From assembly GCA_013265495.1 (NCBI GenBank), contig MU057801.1, positions 1,729,879 to 1,793,878 of the forward strand: DNA of 64,000 nucleotides, in the 5' to 3' direction. The translations under genes and the position numbers were made by a program. The notes below the pieces were generated by a model. The model was not told the origin of the DNA and did not search any database. It worked only from the letters and a program-made list of their open reading frames with translations. The stretch is from Vicugna vicugna. Lineage: Eukaryota. This document shows, piece by piece, positions 37,288 to 49,200 of the stretch (the first letter of the stretch is position 1; each line of letters begins with the position of its first letter).

Positions 37288-38048
37288 TATTGTTCATAAC
37301 TAAGATGACTGATTTCTTGAACATGTGTGAGCACACCTGACTGTCCTTTATGACTGGATTACCGCCTTCTGTTGATTCTTATTTTGTGGTTGGCTTCAAT
37401 CCTTTGATAACTATGTAAGTTTAAAAAGCTAAAGTTCTGATCTGTTCTTAGAAACAACGATCAGCAGACATATATAAACTGAGAAGAATGTGCAGCACAC
37501 TGTGTATACACATTTACATGCAATATAATGTGCATGTGCAGTCGAACTGTAATAGTTCTACCTAATAAAACTGAAAAAGGAAAAAAAAAAGAAAGAAGTA
37601 TCGACTGGGGGTGAAGTGGACCCTCGGTTCTGCCCACACATCTGGAACTATTCAGACAGGAAAATCTCTACAGCTTTTATTGAAAAGGCCTTTGATTATT
37701 GTTTATTTCTTATCATAATTGTGATTTTTTTCCCTACTGCTTCATAAATGGAGCCTCCTGATTAAATTAGGTTTTGGCAAGAAGAGAGGGGTCTTCTCTG
37801 ACCTTCGGCCAAACGTTTCCCTAAAACATAATGCCCACTAGACAGTTTCATCCTTGTTCCTTTGAAAGGAAAAAGGAATAAGGGTTAGAGTGAAATCTCT
37901 GTTTCCCGGTGAACCCACGCCAGCTGCTTGTGACCGGACTCCTTCTGAAAAGGAAGCAGAGTGAGGAATCTGGTCCAGAGTCCTGCTCGCAGCAGACATT
38001 CTAGGTGTCCGCTCCCCAAACCTAGGTCCACTCTGGAACAAAAGAAAA

Positions 38049-38195
38049 TTTTTTCTTTTTTTTTTTTAGTTTAATTTTTGCGGGGAGAGGTGATGAGGTT
38101 TTTGTTTGTTTACTCATTTGCTAGAGGCCCCGGGGGCCGAACCCCGCGCCTTGTGCTTGCTGGGCGTCTGTCTGCCACTGAGTCGCTCCCTCCCC
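38049..38195 (-). mobile_element. tRNA-derived SINE (camelid Vic-1-like), GC-shifted
   Basis: Reverse strand ggggagggagcgactcagtggcaga...gcacaaggcgcggggttcggccccc...agtaaacaaacaaaaacctcatcacctc plus A-rich tail. Confidence 0.7.
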
Positions 38196-38229
38196 TGACG
38201 AACTCCCTTCCCTCCCCGCTGTCCATCAG

Positions 38230-39085
38230 CCTTGCAGCATCATCTCCGAGTAATGGGCTGTGCCCGCGGTCATCCTTTGGCCTCTCTCGGGCCCTCAGGA
38301 GCCCTTGTTTGTGTAGCGAGCATCGCAGTCCTCTTCAGCCTCCCGAGGACCCGTGCTCTGGCCGCGGCCTGCGGCCCGGTGGCAGGAACTGCCTTGCTGC
38401 TGCGGGAATCTCCCCGGGCTCTGGCCCGTGTTTCCACACCCTCAGGAGCTTCACTTTCTTGAGTGCAAAGTGCTGCGGAGGACGAGGTGGCCGCACTGAC
38501 CTCCGTGGCCACCAGCACAGACCCAGAGCGGAGGAGACCGGCTGGCAGCCTCCCGAGTGTGGTCCACCCGCAACGGCGGACTTGCACCCCAGCGTCAGGA
38601 GATGCTCTCTGGGAACAGGCGTGGAGCCCGGGGCCCCTCCCTTGGAGACCTCACTCGGCCTGAGCACACGGAGCCCTGTCCCTTCTCCTGGGACAGCCTC
38701 ACCCCGGAAACCTGCGGGCAGGCCCCCTCACTTCCTTTGAGTCTTCACCCAAATGCCCCCTTCTTTCCTGCATGTTCCGCCCAAAATTGTACCTGCCCCC
38801 ACCTTGTCTCCAGTTCCCCCTCCTGCTTTATCTTTGTCCTTTTCGGGGGTCCCCCCTGAAGACGCTGCTGGTGCCACTGGGTTTACTTTGTTCACTGCCT
38901 GTGCTCACACACACAGAAGCCCACGTCTGCTCGGCTGTGGTGTCCTGGGCACGTGTGCCCGTGCCTGGGGCACAGAGGGTGCTTCCCAGTGCACACCGAG
39001 CGAGCAGGCGTGCGAGCGAGGGAATGAATGAGTGAGTGAGGGAATGAGCGAGTGAGGGAATGAGTGAGTGAGCGAGTGAGTGAGT
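38230..39085 (+). mobile_element. L2 LINE fragments ending in a (TGAA/TGAG)n tail
   Basis: gtgcctggggcacagagggtgcttccc...gaatgaatgagtgagtgag is the L2 3' terminus with an expanded tail. Confidence 0.6.
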
Positions 39086-42019
39086 GGAGCGGGGGAGGGA
39101 AGGTGGGAGTGGAACCCACTCGCCATTGTCCCTCCTACCTGCGGGCATGCCCCCGGTACATCCACTTTCTGAAATTGGTTATCTTAGAACTTCCAAGTCC
39201 ATGCACTTGCCCCAGAAGACACTGGGCACCCGGAGGGACCACTGTTGCACTGTGAGGGCGTCTGGTCTCTTAGTCTCAAAGAGCCTTCCAACCATCGCAT
39301 TTCCTGAGCCTGCAGGCACTTAGATGGGGCATCGAGCCCGGCCTTCTGTTCCACCAGTCTGTGTAAACCAGAATCAGACCTCTTCTGTCTAGCACAGAGG
39401 GGCTGCCTAAGGTTCTGGGTGGGGCTGGATCCCCTCACACAGCAAGCTCGGTCTCTTCCTACAATGTCAGACTCAGTGTGAACGTAGCCCGTCCGCTCTG
39501 CTGGTCATCCAGGTACACAATGCGACCCCCTTGTGTTCAGAGCCCCCAGCAGTCCACGCGCTTCGTCCTCGCAGCCGATCGGCGGGGTCCTGTAACCTCC
39601 CTTTTCAAGATGAAGAAGCAGGCTCAGAGAAGTTACGCAGCTTTCCCGAGAACGTGTGGTTAGCAAGTCGGCTGGAAGACAGGTGCGCCTGGCGTCAGAG
39701 CCCTCTGTCCTCTGTGTGGGCTCTGAGCCCAAGGCCAGCTCCCAGGGGACTCTGGAGGACGCTCTGGAAATGACTGATCTGCGGTAAATCCCTTTGGACT
39801 TTCTCGCAGGCCCTGTTTTCAGAAGGATGGGCCGCGTCCACGCACCCTAAGCCCAGAAGTCCGCCTTTCGGGAGCCTGCCTGTGGGCCTGTGCTGGAAAC
39901 CACGGCACAGGTCCAAGGAGAACCTCCTCCCCTTTTCACTTTTCCAGTGAGATGCAGGGCCTGCATTTTTCACACTGAGCATGGCCAAGGGGCCCCGAGT
40001 CACATCTGGGTTTCCACACAGCCTCCCCTCCATGTGCACAAATAAAATAAGGGATCGCCAAGGAGACAGCTGTATACACAGTCACCTTCGTGGCCAGACA
40101 GATATTTATTTGCTGTTGTATAAATGAGGGAAATTTGCACTCGGCCCTGAATACTTGGCCACCCCAGTCCATCCTTCGTGCTCCCCAGAGATTCCTTCTC
40201 TGAGAACGGCCACAGTCCGTGACTCTTGATTCTGCTTTCCTGGACGGCCCGGCCCCGTCCCCGGCCCAGGAGGATCTGTTTTGCACCTGCCCTGGGGCCT
40301 CGTAAGGTGCTCCGGCTGTCAGAGAAATCCCGGGCGCCGAGGCCAACGCAAGTCTTCCGTGACAGGGAGGAAGTGCTTTAAAAGGCGGGTGATCTATCCT
40401 GTCACACTTGGTTTTACGGGACAGCCCCTGAAAACAGACCCTGGGTAGTGGGGCTCGCTCGAAGAGGTCAGCCCATCTCCCTGGGCTGAGGGTGGAAAAG
40501 ATGTAAAAACACAGCAAGGATGTCAACCAGGAACGTCAAAGTCTGCCCCGCGGCTTGACCGCACACAGGACGAAACGCCGGCGGAGAAGTGTCGGGCTCC
40601 TGCCCGCCAGCCATGGACGCTTGGTCCGCGGGCTGTCGGGGCCACGGCAGGCAGGGTAGCCTCAGTGGGGTCTTGCCGCGAGACAGTGAGAGCTGGAATT
40701 GCTCCCGACCTTCTGGGCAGTTACTTGTCTTGCCTAGTTTATATTTTAAAAGTGAAATATTTTAATCCAGTCCCACTTAACTGCAGAATTTCTAGAACTG
40801 GTACAAGCGATGGCATTTTACGAAACGCCTCGTTAAATCGGCTTCCCGTGCTGGGCACCGGCATCCACGTGCCATGTTGTCAGTAGCCCCGGGAGCCACG
40901 GAGGGGCTGGGCGCGCTGGCGGACGAGCTGGTGGACACACTTTTGAGCCCGAGAAGCGAAATGAGAGAGAAACACGGAGAGACCACGTGGCACCAGGACT
41001 CGGGTCTCAGTCTCCGCCCTCCTGGGGACACTGGCCCCGGTGGCTGCCTGCCTTGTGTCATGGAGACGCTCTGAGGCTGTCAGCGGGCGACATGACCGCT
41101 GGGGTTGACGACACCATTTCCACTGCTCTGCCTGGGGATTAAGCTTTTCTTTCTCGGGCTCGTCTGTGGTGCAGGCCGCAATTTCGAAAGACCGTTTCTT
41201 CTCACGGACCCTGTTGTACAAGCACATGCCACGCGCCCCTTCCTAACTTGCCAGCCTCCTCCTCGCAAAGCCCCCAGGATCGTCAGCCACCTTTGAGCCT
41301 AATTCCCGCACCCACAGTTCCTCTCTCACCGCCTGTGCTGTTTGACTTTAGACCCCCCGTTTCTGCCCACACCGCCATCCTGACTCTGAGCCGAGCCTTG
41401 GCCCACGCAGGGCTGGAGTTCCCCACGCTCTAAGGTGTCTGCCCAGAGGACCGCCCGCAGGCAGCCTGGGTGGCGGGACGGGGGGGTGAGGGCTTTACGT
41501 GCGACCACCGGGGTAAGCAGTGATGATTCAACAGATGACACATGGGAATGGATCCCCCACATCCTGCTCAATTTTTGAAGGTCCCCTGAGCCATGACAGC
41601 AGCACGTGGACCGCACAGTGGGGGCCATGGAAGCAGAGGTCCTTCCCCACGGTCAGCCCATGGATTCTAAAGTAAGGACACCTGTGTTTCAGGTAGATTT
41701 ACCTGGAATAATACAGCTAATGCATTGGGAAGGGCAGGGACTGGCACCCAGGGCCTCGCCGGGGAGGGTGCACACCGTGAGCCTTGTCTGCGGCGGTGCA
41801 GGCAGACCTGGGCGGTGGACGTCGAGAGGCAGCGGTGGCTGTCGGTTGGCAGGTCTCCTCTTCACCACCCAGATAAAGACAAAGGCCCGCCAGTAGCGTG
41901 GGGGTCTCATCTCATTCCTCCTAGTCCAGGTTTTCTCGAGAGTTTCACTGCACAGAAACGTGTCCCTAACACACAGCATGCAGTGTCAGGTTCACTGAGC
42001 TTTAGAGAAGTGAAGCCCC

Positions 42020-42275
42020 ACTGTGTGTGCTGCGCAGCAGGACCGTGCTGCTCATCTGTTTTATCTGCATAGGGTTTGTCTGCAAATCCCAGCCTCCTAA
42101 TGCATGCCTCCCCCTTCTCGCTTTGGTAAGTGTAAGGTTTTTTTTTTCTGTGAGTCTGTTTCTCTTTGTAGATGAGTTCATTAGTGTCTTCTTTTCTCTC
42201 TTCTTTTTTTGATTCCACACATGAGTGATGTCATGTGGTATTTTTCTTTCTCCTCCTGGCTGACTGCACTTAGAA
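42020..42275 (-). mobile_element. L1 3'UTR fragment
   Basis: tgtgagtctgtttctctttgtagatgagttcattagtgtc...gattccacacatgagtgatgtcatgtggtatttttctttctc. Confidence 0.85.
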
Positions 42276-43076
42276 GGCCTAATCTGGGGGACACTGGTGT
42301 CTCTGAGCAGCACGAGCAGCCGGCCAGGGCAGGACCTTCGCCGTGCCCCGAACACTGCCCTCTAGTGTCCGAACAGCGGACGCCGCCGAAGCCCTCGGCG
42401 CTGGACCGGCCATCTGTGATCTGCGCAGAAGTTCCTGGTCCCGTGGTCTCGGCAGGGAGGTGAATCCGAGCAGCTGCAGTGCTTCTGGTCCCTCCCCTAC
42501 ACCACTCAGGGCGCAGTCTCATGCCACCGACATTTCGGGAACCACTTGTTTACCTAAGTGACCCATGAGGCATCGTTAGCAGAAATCGGGAATCTGAGTG
42601 ACCCTCTGCAAACACACGGTCGTTTGGTCCCCCGCCCCCCGCTCTGGAGATGAACTCTGCGCAGGAGGCTCCTGGTACTTCTAGACGTTGACCAAGCACT
42701 GAGCAGCACCTAAAAGCCGACTTTATAAGTAGTGCAGTGAAAAGTAGACTTGTATTCCATTTTTTTAAAATTTCAATCTGTTAAAAGAAAAAACAAAGAA
42801 GGCTGCAGCAGGCAAGAGAGCGTCCTGCAGCCCACGTCAGGTGTGAGAAGGGTCAGGCGGCCCTTCCGCAGGTGGGTTCATGTTTGCTTAGAGGTTCTCT
42901 CAAATTGTTATATACATATTAGTACATTCATATCATCATATTCAGTATGTTATTTGAACTATCATGACTCAAATTATTAGAATTTAAAAGATTAAAACAT
43001 ATGAAAGTTTAGTGTGACTGTGAAAGGGATTTTGTAAAACCATTTTTGTTCCACCCTTCTCTCCCTTCTAAACCTT

Positions 43077-43170
43077 CACGCACACACAGACACACACACA
43101 CACACAGACACACACAGAGACACAGACACACAGAGACACAGACACACAGAGACACACACAGACACACACA
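43077..43170. repeat. Compound (CA/GA) microsatellite
   Basis: cacacacagacacacacagagacacag... over about 94 bp. Confidence 0.95.
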
Positions 43171-44399
43171 GGAGTTCACGGTTCCACTCTTGAAACAAGA
43201 GTGTCAGAGTTTTCCGGGTTTCTTTTCTGTGTGTGTCTTTTCCTCCAGGACACGGCGGAGGCGCCAGTCCCTCGGGAGTTACAGCTGGGCGCGCACTGAG
43301 TGATGGAGATTATCTTTCCCCTCTTTTTAATCATGCACCTAAATACTGGTGTTTCTTAAACTGGGAGCCAGAAAACAAGGAAAAGGAAAGCATTCCTACG
43401 GAAGAGAATCCAGCGTCAGCTCGGAACGCACACAGGGAGGCATTTTCAGAAGCCAGCCACTCCTTCCCGGTTGAGACCGGAGCTGCCGTCTTGACAGCTC
43501 GCGTTTCCCGGAGCGAACCGCTTCCCCGCTGGGAGGCTTGTCGCTAAAACTGCCGGGGTCAGTGCGCCGCCTAACGGTCATCGCACACACTGCAGCCCAC
43601 TGGGAAAATGCGGGGGGAAGCCACGGAAATTGCCTTTAGCAGCTGTGCTCTGACTTGAGTCAGGCAAGGCTCTTAGGATCCTAAAATTTGCTATTTATCC
43701 TAAACACCCGTTCACTTTTTATGGAAAAAGTATTATCCATGGCTTTCAAGCTCTGTCCTTTACTAGACCATCTATCGAATTAGTTAAGAAGTCCCAAAAG
43801 AGCCTGCTCAAGTCTATTTCTCTTCTTTAGTTACTGGTGTGTATTTGAAAGGTCTGTCGCAGGGGCAGAAGGACGGCGCCCCTCAAAGCAAACTAGGCCT
43901 CCCGGAGGCAGAAGCAGCCCCAGTGCGGGGGCTGCCCAGGGGGCCTCACTCTCACGGAGGACACCTTCAGAGCTGACAGCGCCACTTCTGGGACAAGCAC
44001 ACACGTGCGTCCTGCAAGACGCCCTCAGTAGGATGCACGGTCACTTCTCTTACTTTCCTGCTCCCCAATGGAACACACTGGGGACATCCAAATTAAGTGA
44101 CCTTCAGCAAAGTGCCTAATACTTTTCAGTGCATCAGGGCCTAGAGACGCACACAGACCCTGAGACAAGGTCCACTTCAAAGACATCTAAAGAGACATGA
44201 CACGTGAGCCCAAGCGCGGCTGGGTCTGGGCTGGGGAAGCAGCCCAGAAGGACGTCATTCAGACAAGGGATGCCATTTGAAATTGGACCCTGGACTGGAT
44301 GCCAGCGCCGCGTCAGCGCTCAGCTCTCTTGCTTTGGCGGTAACGCCTGGCTGTGTGAGGAAGTTCGTGGTCTTGGGGGACACACACCTCGACTGCAGC

Positions 44400-45220
44400 T
44401 GTCGGGGCTGCACCCGCCCAGGGCCCCGGGCGTGAGCTCGGGGCCGGAGCCCTCCCCGCTGCGCCGGCGCCCCGAGCCCGGGCCCTGCTCCCTGCCCTCG
44501 CCCGCGCCCGCCTCGCACCCTGACGCCTTGACGTCTGTGTCAGCACGGGGGAGACGGCTCTTCTCCCGCCTGTTCTGCTGACCACCCTCCTCCCAGGGAT
44601 GCCCCGAGGATCAAAGCGGGCAGAGCCGCGCAGGCAGGGAGGCGCGCGGGGAGACGGCGCGGAACCCGGGCCTGGCGAGGGCGTGCGGGCCGCGAGGGCG
44701 CGTGTGCACGCCCCCAGAACGGGAGTCGGGGCCGAGGACAGAGCCAGACCTGGTCACCCGCGCCCTGTGCGCCTGCGGCCGCCCTCGGTCCCCTGCACGC
44801 ACGCGGACTTTGCAGCCACCGGCCGAGGCGTCGCAGAGGGCGCGGCGTCCCGGGGAGAGCGGGGCTCCCGCGTGCGCGGCGACGCCCCAGGCCAGCGCGG
44901 CGGGCCAGCCCGTGGGCTTCTCCGTCCCGGACGCGCCCGAGGGATCGCTGCAGGAGCGCGGCGTCTGGAACATTCGGGCGTGGGCTGGCGGCGCCTCCCG
45001 TCCACTGCCCGCGCGCGCAGCCCTCGGCCTGTGTGTGCACCGCGCGGGCCTCGGGGTCCTCCCGCGTGTGTCGTTCAGCCCCGCGCGCGTGCCCCGGGGC
45101 GGACGCGGCCCGGGCGGCGCGGTGACTCCCGGTGACTCCTGCAGCCGTGAACGCGGCCCTCGGCGCGCGAAGCCCCGCCGCGGCCTGTGACGCGGGTCTG
45201 GGGCCGGCTGCCGGCATCGC
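44400..45220. promoter_or_regulatory. Orphan CpG island, partly built on a MIR relic
   Basis: Extremely CpG-dense, no convincing exon; MIR-like layout at about 44950-45070. Confidence 0.6.
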
Positions 45221-46157
45221 TGTACAGTCTGTTGTATCTGTTACATTTGTGAGCCCCACACGGTTGTGTTGAATTTAGTTCAGATAGAGAATAACGATTT
45301 TCTACAGAACACTTCTAACAGTTTATCATTTAATGAAACAAGATAGTGTACAGGGGAGAGTCGGGGGGGCAGAAGTGAGGGGCAAGTGGGGACGGGGGGG
45401 GGGAGGAGAGGGAACGAACCCAGCCCTTGCCCCACGGCCGGCACAGCGAGTGACCAGACTCAGGAGTGGCCACTGGTCGCCCCCACCTGATGGCGCTGCA
45501 TCCCTGGTGGTCCTTGCTCATGTGACAGAGGACCTTCCGGAAAGTCCACGCGCACGGGGCTCTCTCCCACCTGCCGCCGCCAAGAGGAAACATCCGCCCC
45601 ATCTGTCCATCACAACCACTCCCAGATCCCAGGGGGTGCCTGACCATGTTACCCTTGCTTTGCTTCCGGCCTGTCTTGGGATCTGTTGCTTTCTCAGCCA
45701 AAGTGGAATGGGTGAGAATTCTGGCCGTGGCCCGGCCGCCCGTGCAGGAGGGCGGTGGGGGTCACAGGCCTGGCTGAGTGCAGATCTGACCCCACCTTAC
45801 TTTACAGCTGGTATGATGACCGTCATCAAGATGCGCTGCCTGGAGCCCGGTCTAACCTCGGTCACCGCTTGGCTTTACTCTTGTCTGGCAGCTCAGCCAG
45901 GAAGGTGTCCAGGTCCGTTCGTCCATCCTTCTGTAGCTCGAGGTCCTGGGCAGGGTGGGAGGGACCAGCCAGACCCTTCGGGATGTGTTGGAGCCGGCGG
46001 TCCCTTTGCCGAGTGCACGGACCTCTGTCACCTCTTTCAGTAGCATGTAAGTCTGCCAGCATTTGACGTGCGGCGTGTGGTGTTTGGACTTTCAAACTTA
46101 GAAGAGATATCTGACTAAAAAGGAAATAAATAAAGTCCCATCAGAAATCTCATTTTT

Positions 46158-46292
46158 CCTGCTTTCATTTACCTTTTGGGGGGGGGGCCATAATTAGGTT
46201 TAGTTGTTTATTTATTTTAATGGAGGCTCTGGGACTGAACCCCAGACCTCGGGCATGCTAAGCACACTGTACCACTGGACTACACCTTCCCC
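46158..46292 (-). mobile_element. tRNA-derived SINE (camelid Vic-1-like) with 9-bp TSD
   Basis: Reverse strand ggggaaggtgtagtccagtggtacagtgtgcttagcatgcccgaggtctggggttcagtcccagagcctccattaaaataaataaac; ctcattttt at 46149-46157 and 46293-46301. Confidence 0.85.
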
Positions 46293-49200
46293 CTCATTTT
46301 TTAGCTCCAATTCAGTCATCCAAGAAATACCTACTCAGGGTCTACAGGGTTCCAGGGTTTGCTCTGGGCACTGGGGACACAGCAGAGAAAAGTAGGCCCC
46401 CTCCTGGCCCGGCACAGACATCCCAGGGGAGGGTTATTAATACCAGAAATGAAGTTTATTGGATGAAAGGCATGGCTTCACCTGGCTCCAACGAAGGGTC
46501 AAAATACCACAAAACGTCTTGGTTTGGCTTGGGGACTTCACTGCACAACCGGTGTTTCGCAGCTGGCGTCCGGTTGCTTGATCGATGTCACGTTACTCCT
46601 GAGGCTTCGTTGCCTCCAGACCCTCACGCTGGCCGGAGCGAGGGCAGGGCTACGCTGCTTTCGGACGAAGGTCTCACACACGCCTGGACCGTCTCGATTC
46701 CAGTTTCTTGCAGTGAAGTAGGAGGCGCTGATTTGTCAGAGTTGGTTCCACTACTTTCTCATGTATCAGACCACGGGGAGAGCAAACCCATACTCTGCGC
46801 GTGTGGAAACCGCCTCTCAACACACGTGCCCACCACGCGCTCTATGCGCCCTCCGCTTTGTCGGCACGATGACACACATCCAGCTGGAGAGGCAGGTGGG
46901 GCACCCTCAGAATGCTGACGGGGAGTTGTCACCTGGTGGCTCTAAAGGAAAAGTTATTGGCAGCCACCTCAGTATGAATTGCATTATTAGTGTCATTACT
47001 CATCAGGTCAGTTCCAGCTCAAACAAGTGTGATTATTGGCTTTAGCCATAGTTCTAGCAACATAAGTTTTCATAGTCCGGGACGTGAGAGTAACAGAGAA
47101 GACGCAGCGCAGGCCCAGACGTGGGCCAGGACAGTGCCGCTCAGAGGCCTATTTCATTATTTTGCGCTTTTCAAATCAAGTGGCAGTCCCCCTCCACCTT
47201 CACCTCTTCCTCTTTCTCCTGCCCTTTCGAGGCCATTAATCTCCTATTTTCAGATTGATTTTAAAAAGCAGCCACAGCGCCGGTGCCCACCCTCATTCCA
47301 CGGCTGAAGTGATTTCAGTTTCCTCTAAAACATGAGATTCCTCCCTGGCCGCGTATTTACTATGCACAGATGCAGAAGGAGAATTACTCAAGTTTTGCAA
47401 TAAAAATCAGCTTGGCTTTGCGAGCACCTGCTTTGCGCCGTTTAATAATGCCAAGCTCCCTGCTTCTGGGCGCTTCTGTTTACTCTTCTGCAAATTATTT
47501 TTGTTCTCAGTTGACAAAGATAAATGATGAGATTAATATATATTGAAGAAGTCTCTGCGAGCAGGATGCCGGCCCAGAGGAAGGGTGGGTTATTTCCCTC
47601 AGGTAAGGCAACACAGCAAACTGGATTAAGAGTAATTTGCTGTGGGGCTTACTGATGATCTCCATCCATTAGTGGTACACCATTTATGAAAATTGCTTTT
47701 TCTTAAATAAAAATTAGAATGACTTCCATCCCCTTGTCAGGACGGAGCCAAGATGACGGCACCTTCCCTCCAGGGAAAACAAAACATCAATGACAAGGTT
47801 CAGACTTTCGATTTAACCTCAAAGCAATCTCCAAACTGTGGAAAGTGACAGTGAAAAAAAACTCTGTAGCGTTAGGAACTTCCATCTAGCAGGTTCAGGG
47901 TTACTGTTGTCCAGTTAGAGCTGAGGACTAAGGAAAAGTTATCTGTATGGACAACGGGTAAAGTGCACTGCAATGTCTGGTGTCTGTTTCTAGAATTACA
48001 CAAAGCTCCGTGATTTCAGTAGAGGTTTTGCAAAATGACTTTGGTTTCAACATTACAGAATCTTTCTGAGTTCTAAAAGCTATGTTTTCAACCAGCTGAT
48101 TCAAATTCCATCTAAATATCTCTGTTATCCTGGCTTCTGCAGCGTCCAGCCCGGCCTCTTGTTCAGCTGGTCTGATGTGCAATGAGCCCATATTTGTGCT
48201 CTCGGCTGTCCTATGACAGAGCATGTCCCCCTTGTTAGAAATGCACTCGGTTATTGTTGAGCCTAAAGTAAATGTTAAGACTTTTTAACACGTGGACAGT
48301 TTCTAAATGCGTCGATAATCAAAATGAAAGAAGTCAAACATGCTCAGTGCTTATGACTAAGTTTGGAAATGGTTCCCGGTGCCTGGGCAAAATCATTCCC
48401 CTCTATTTCCAATTTGCGCATTAGGCTGGAGGTTGACATCAGGCCAACATCTTCAAAGAGAAACAAAAAGAATGTGGGGACGGGCCCTGCGCACCAGCCT
48501 CACACCAAGCCTGGCTTCACCAGGATCAAAGGCAGCTGTGGGTTGGGTACAAGACTACATCCTGGGTGGTTGCGAAGTCATGGCTCCGCTGCAAAGAGAA
48601 CCGGGGTGTGGATCCCACACATGATTCAGAGAGGAGAAAGGAAGACGTGTGTGTTCCGGGCAACTGGGTGAAGTTAGAATCGCATGTTCCTGCCCCAGGT
48701 TAACCCACAGGGACTCGGGCTTCTCCTGAAACGAGAAAAGCTACCAACCAGATGCATTTTAAAAATGGAGACTCTAAAGCTGTCCCCGCCCTGACACCGG
48801 GATGGGCTAGGGTTGCCAAGTGTGACCTCAGTGGTTCCCTTGGTCGAGTGGGGACACTGGTTGGCAAGAGCACCTTGGCAGGGGCGATGGGGCCCTGCAA
48901 GCAATGCCTGGTTCCTGCCTTTCTGTGTTTGTCCAGCTCACGGACACAGAATCTCCCAGGCCACGCACGTTGGCCCTGGCGCTTGGACCTGGGTGAGCAT
49001 CGGAAACACAGCTCCGTGAGAGGGACCCGCCAACACGGGGACTGGACGGAGGGATTCACCGGACGCCAAACCTCGCAAAACTGGGCTTAGCTGGTTCTGT
49101 ACCTTTCATGGCGCCGAGCAAACGGCGTTTTGGTTGAGCCTCTGGAATGTCCCACCAGGGCAACTCCCCTGGGCCCCCGGGCGTCGGCCTCGTCCCACAC

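Noticed and set aside
44540..45259. Overlapping 160-240 aa Ala/Arg/Pro/Gly ORFs
   Set aside because: They are open in several frames on both strands because stops are depleted in GC-rich DNA; no recognisable domain.
46220..46292. tRNA-like sequence
   Set aside because: It is a degenerate SINE head with a tail and TSD, not a tRNA gene.
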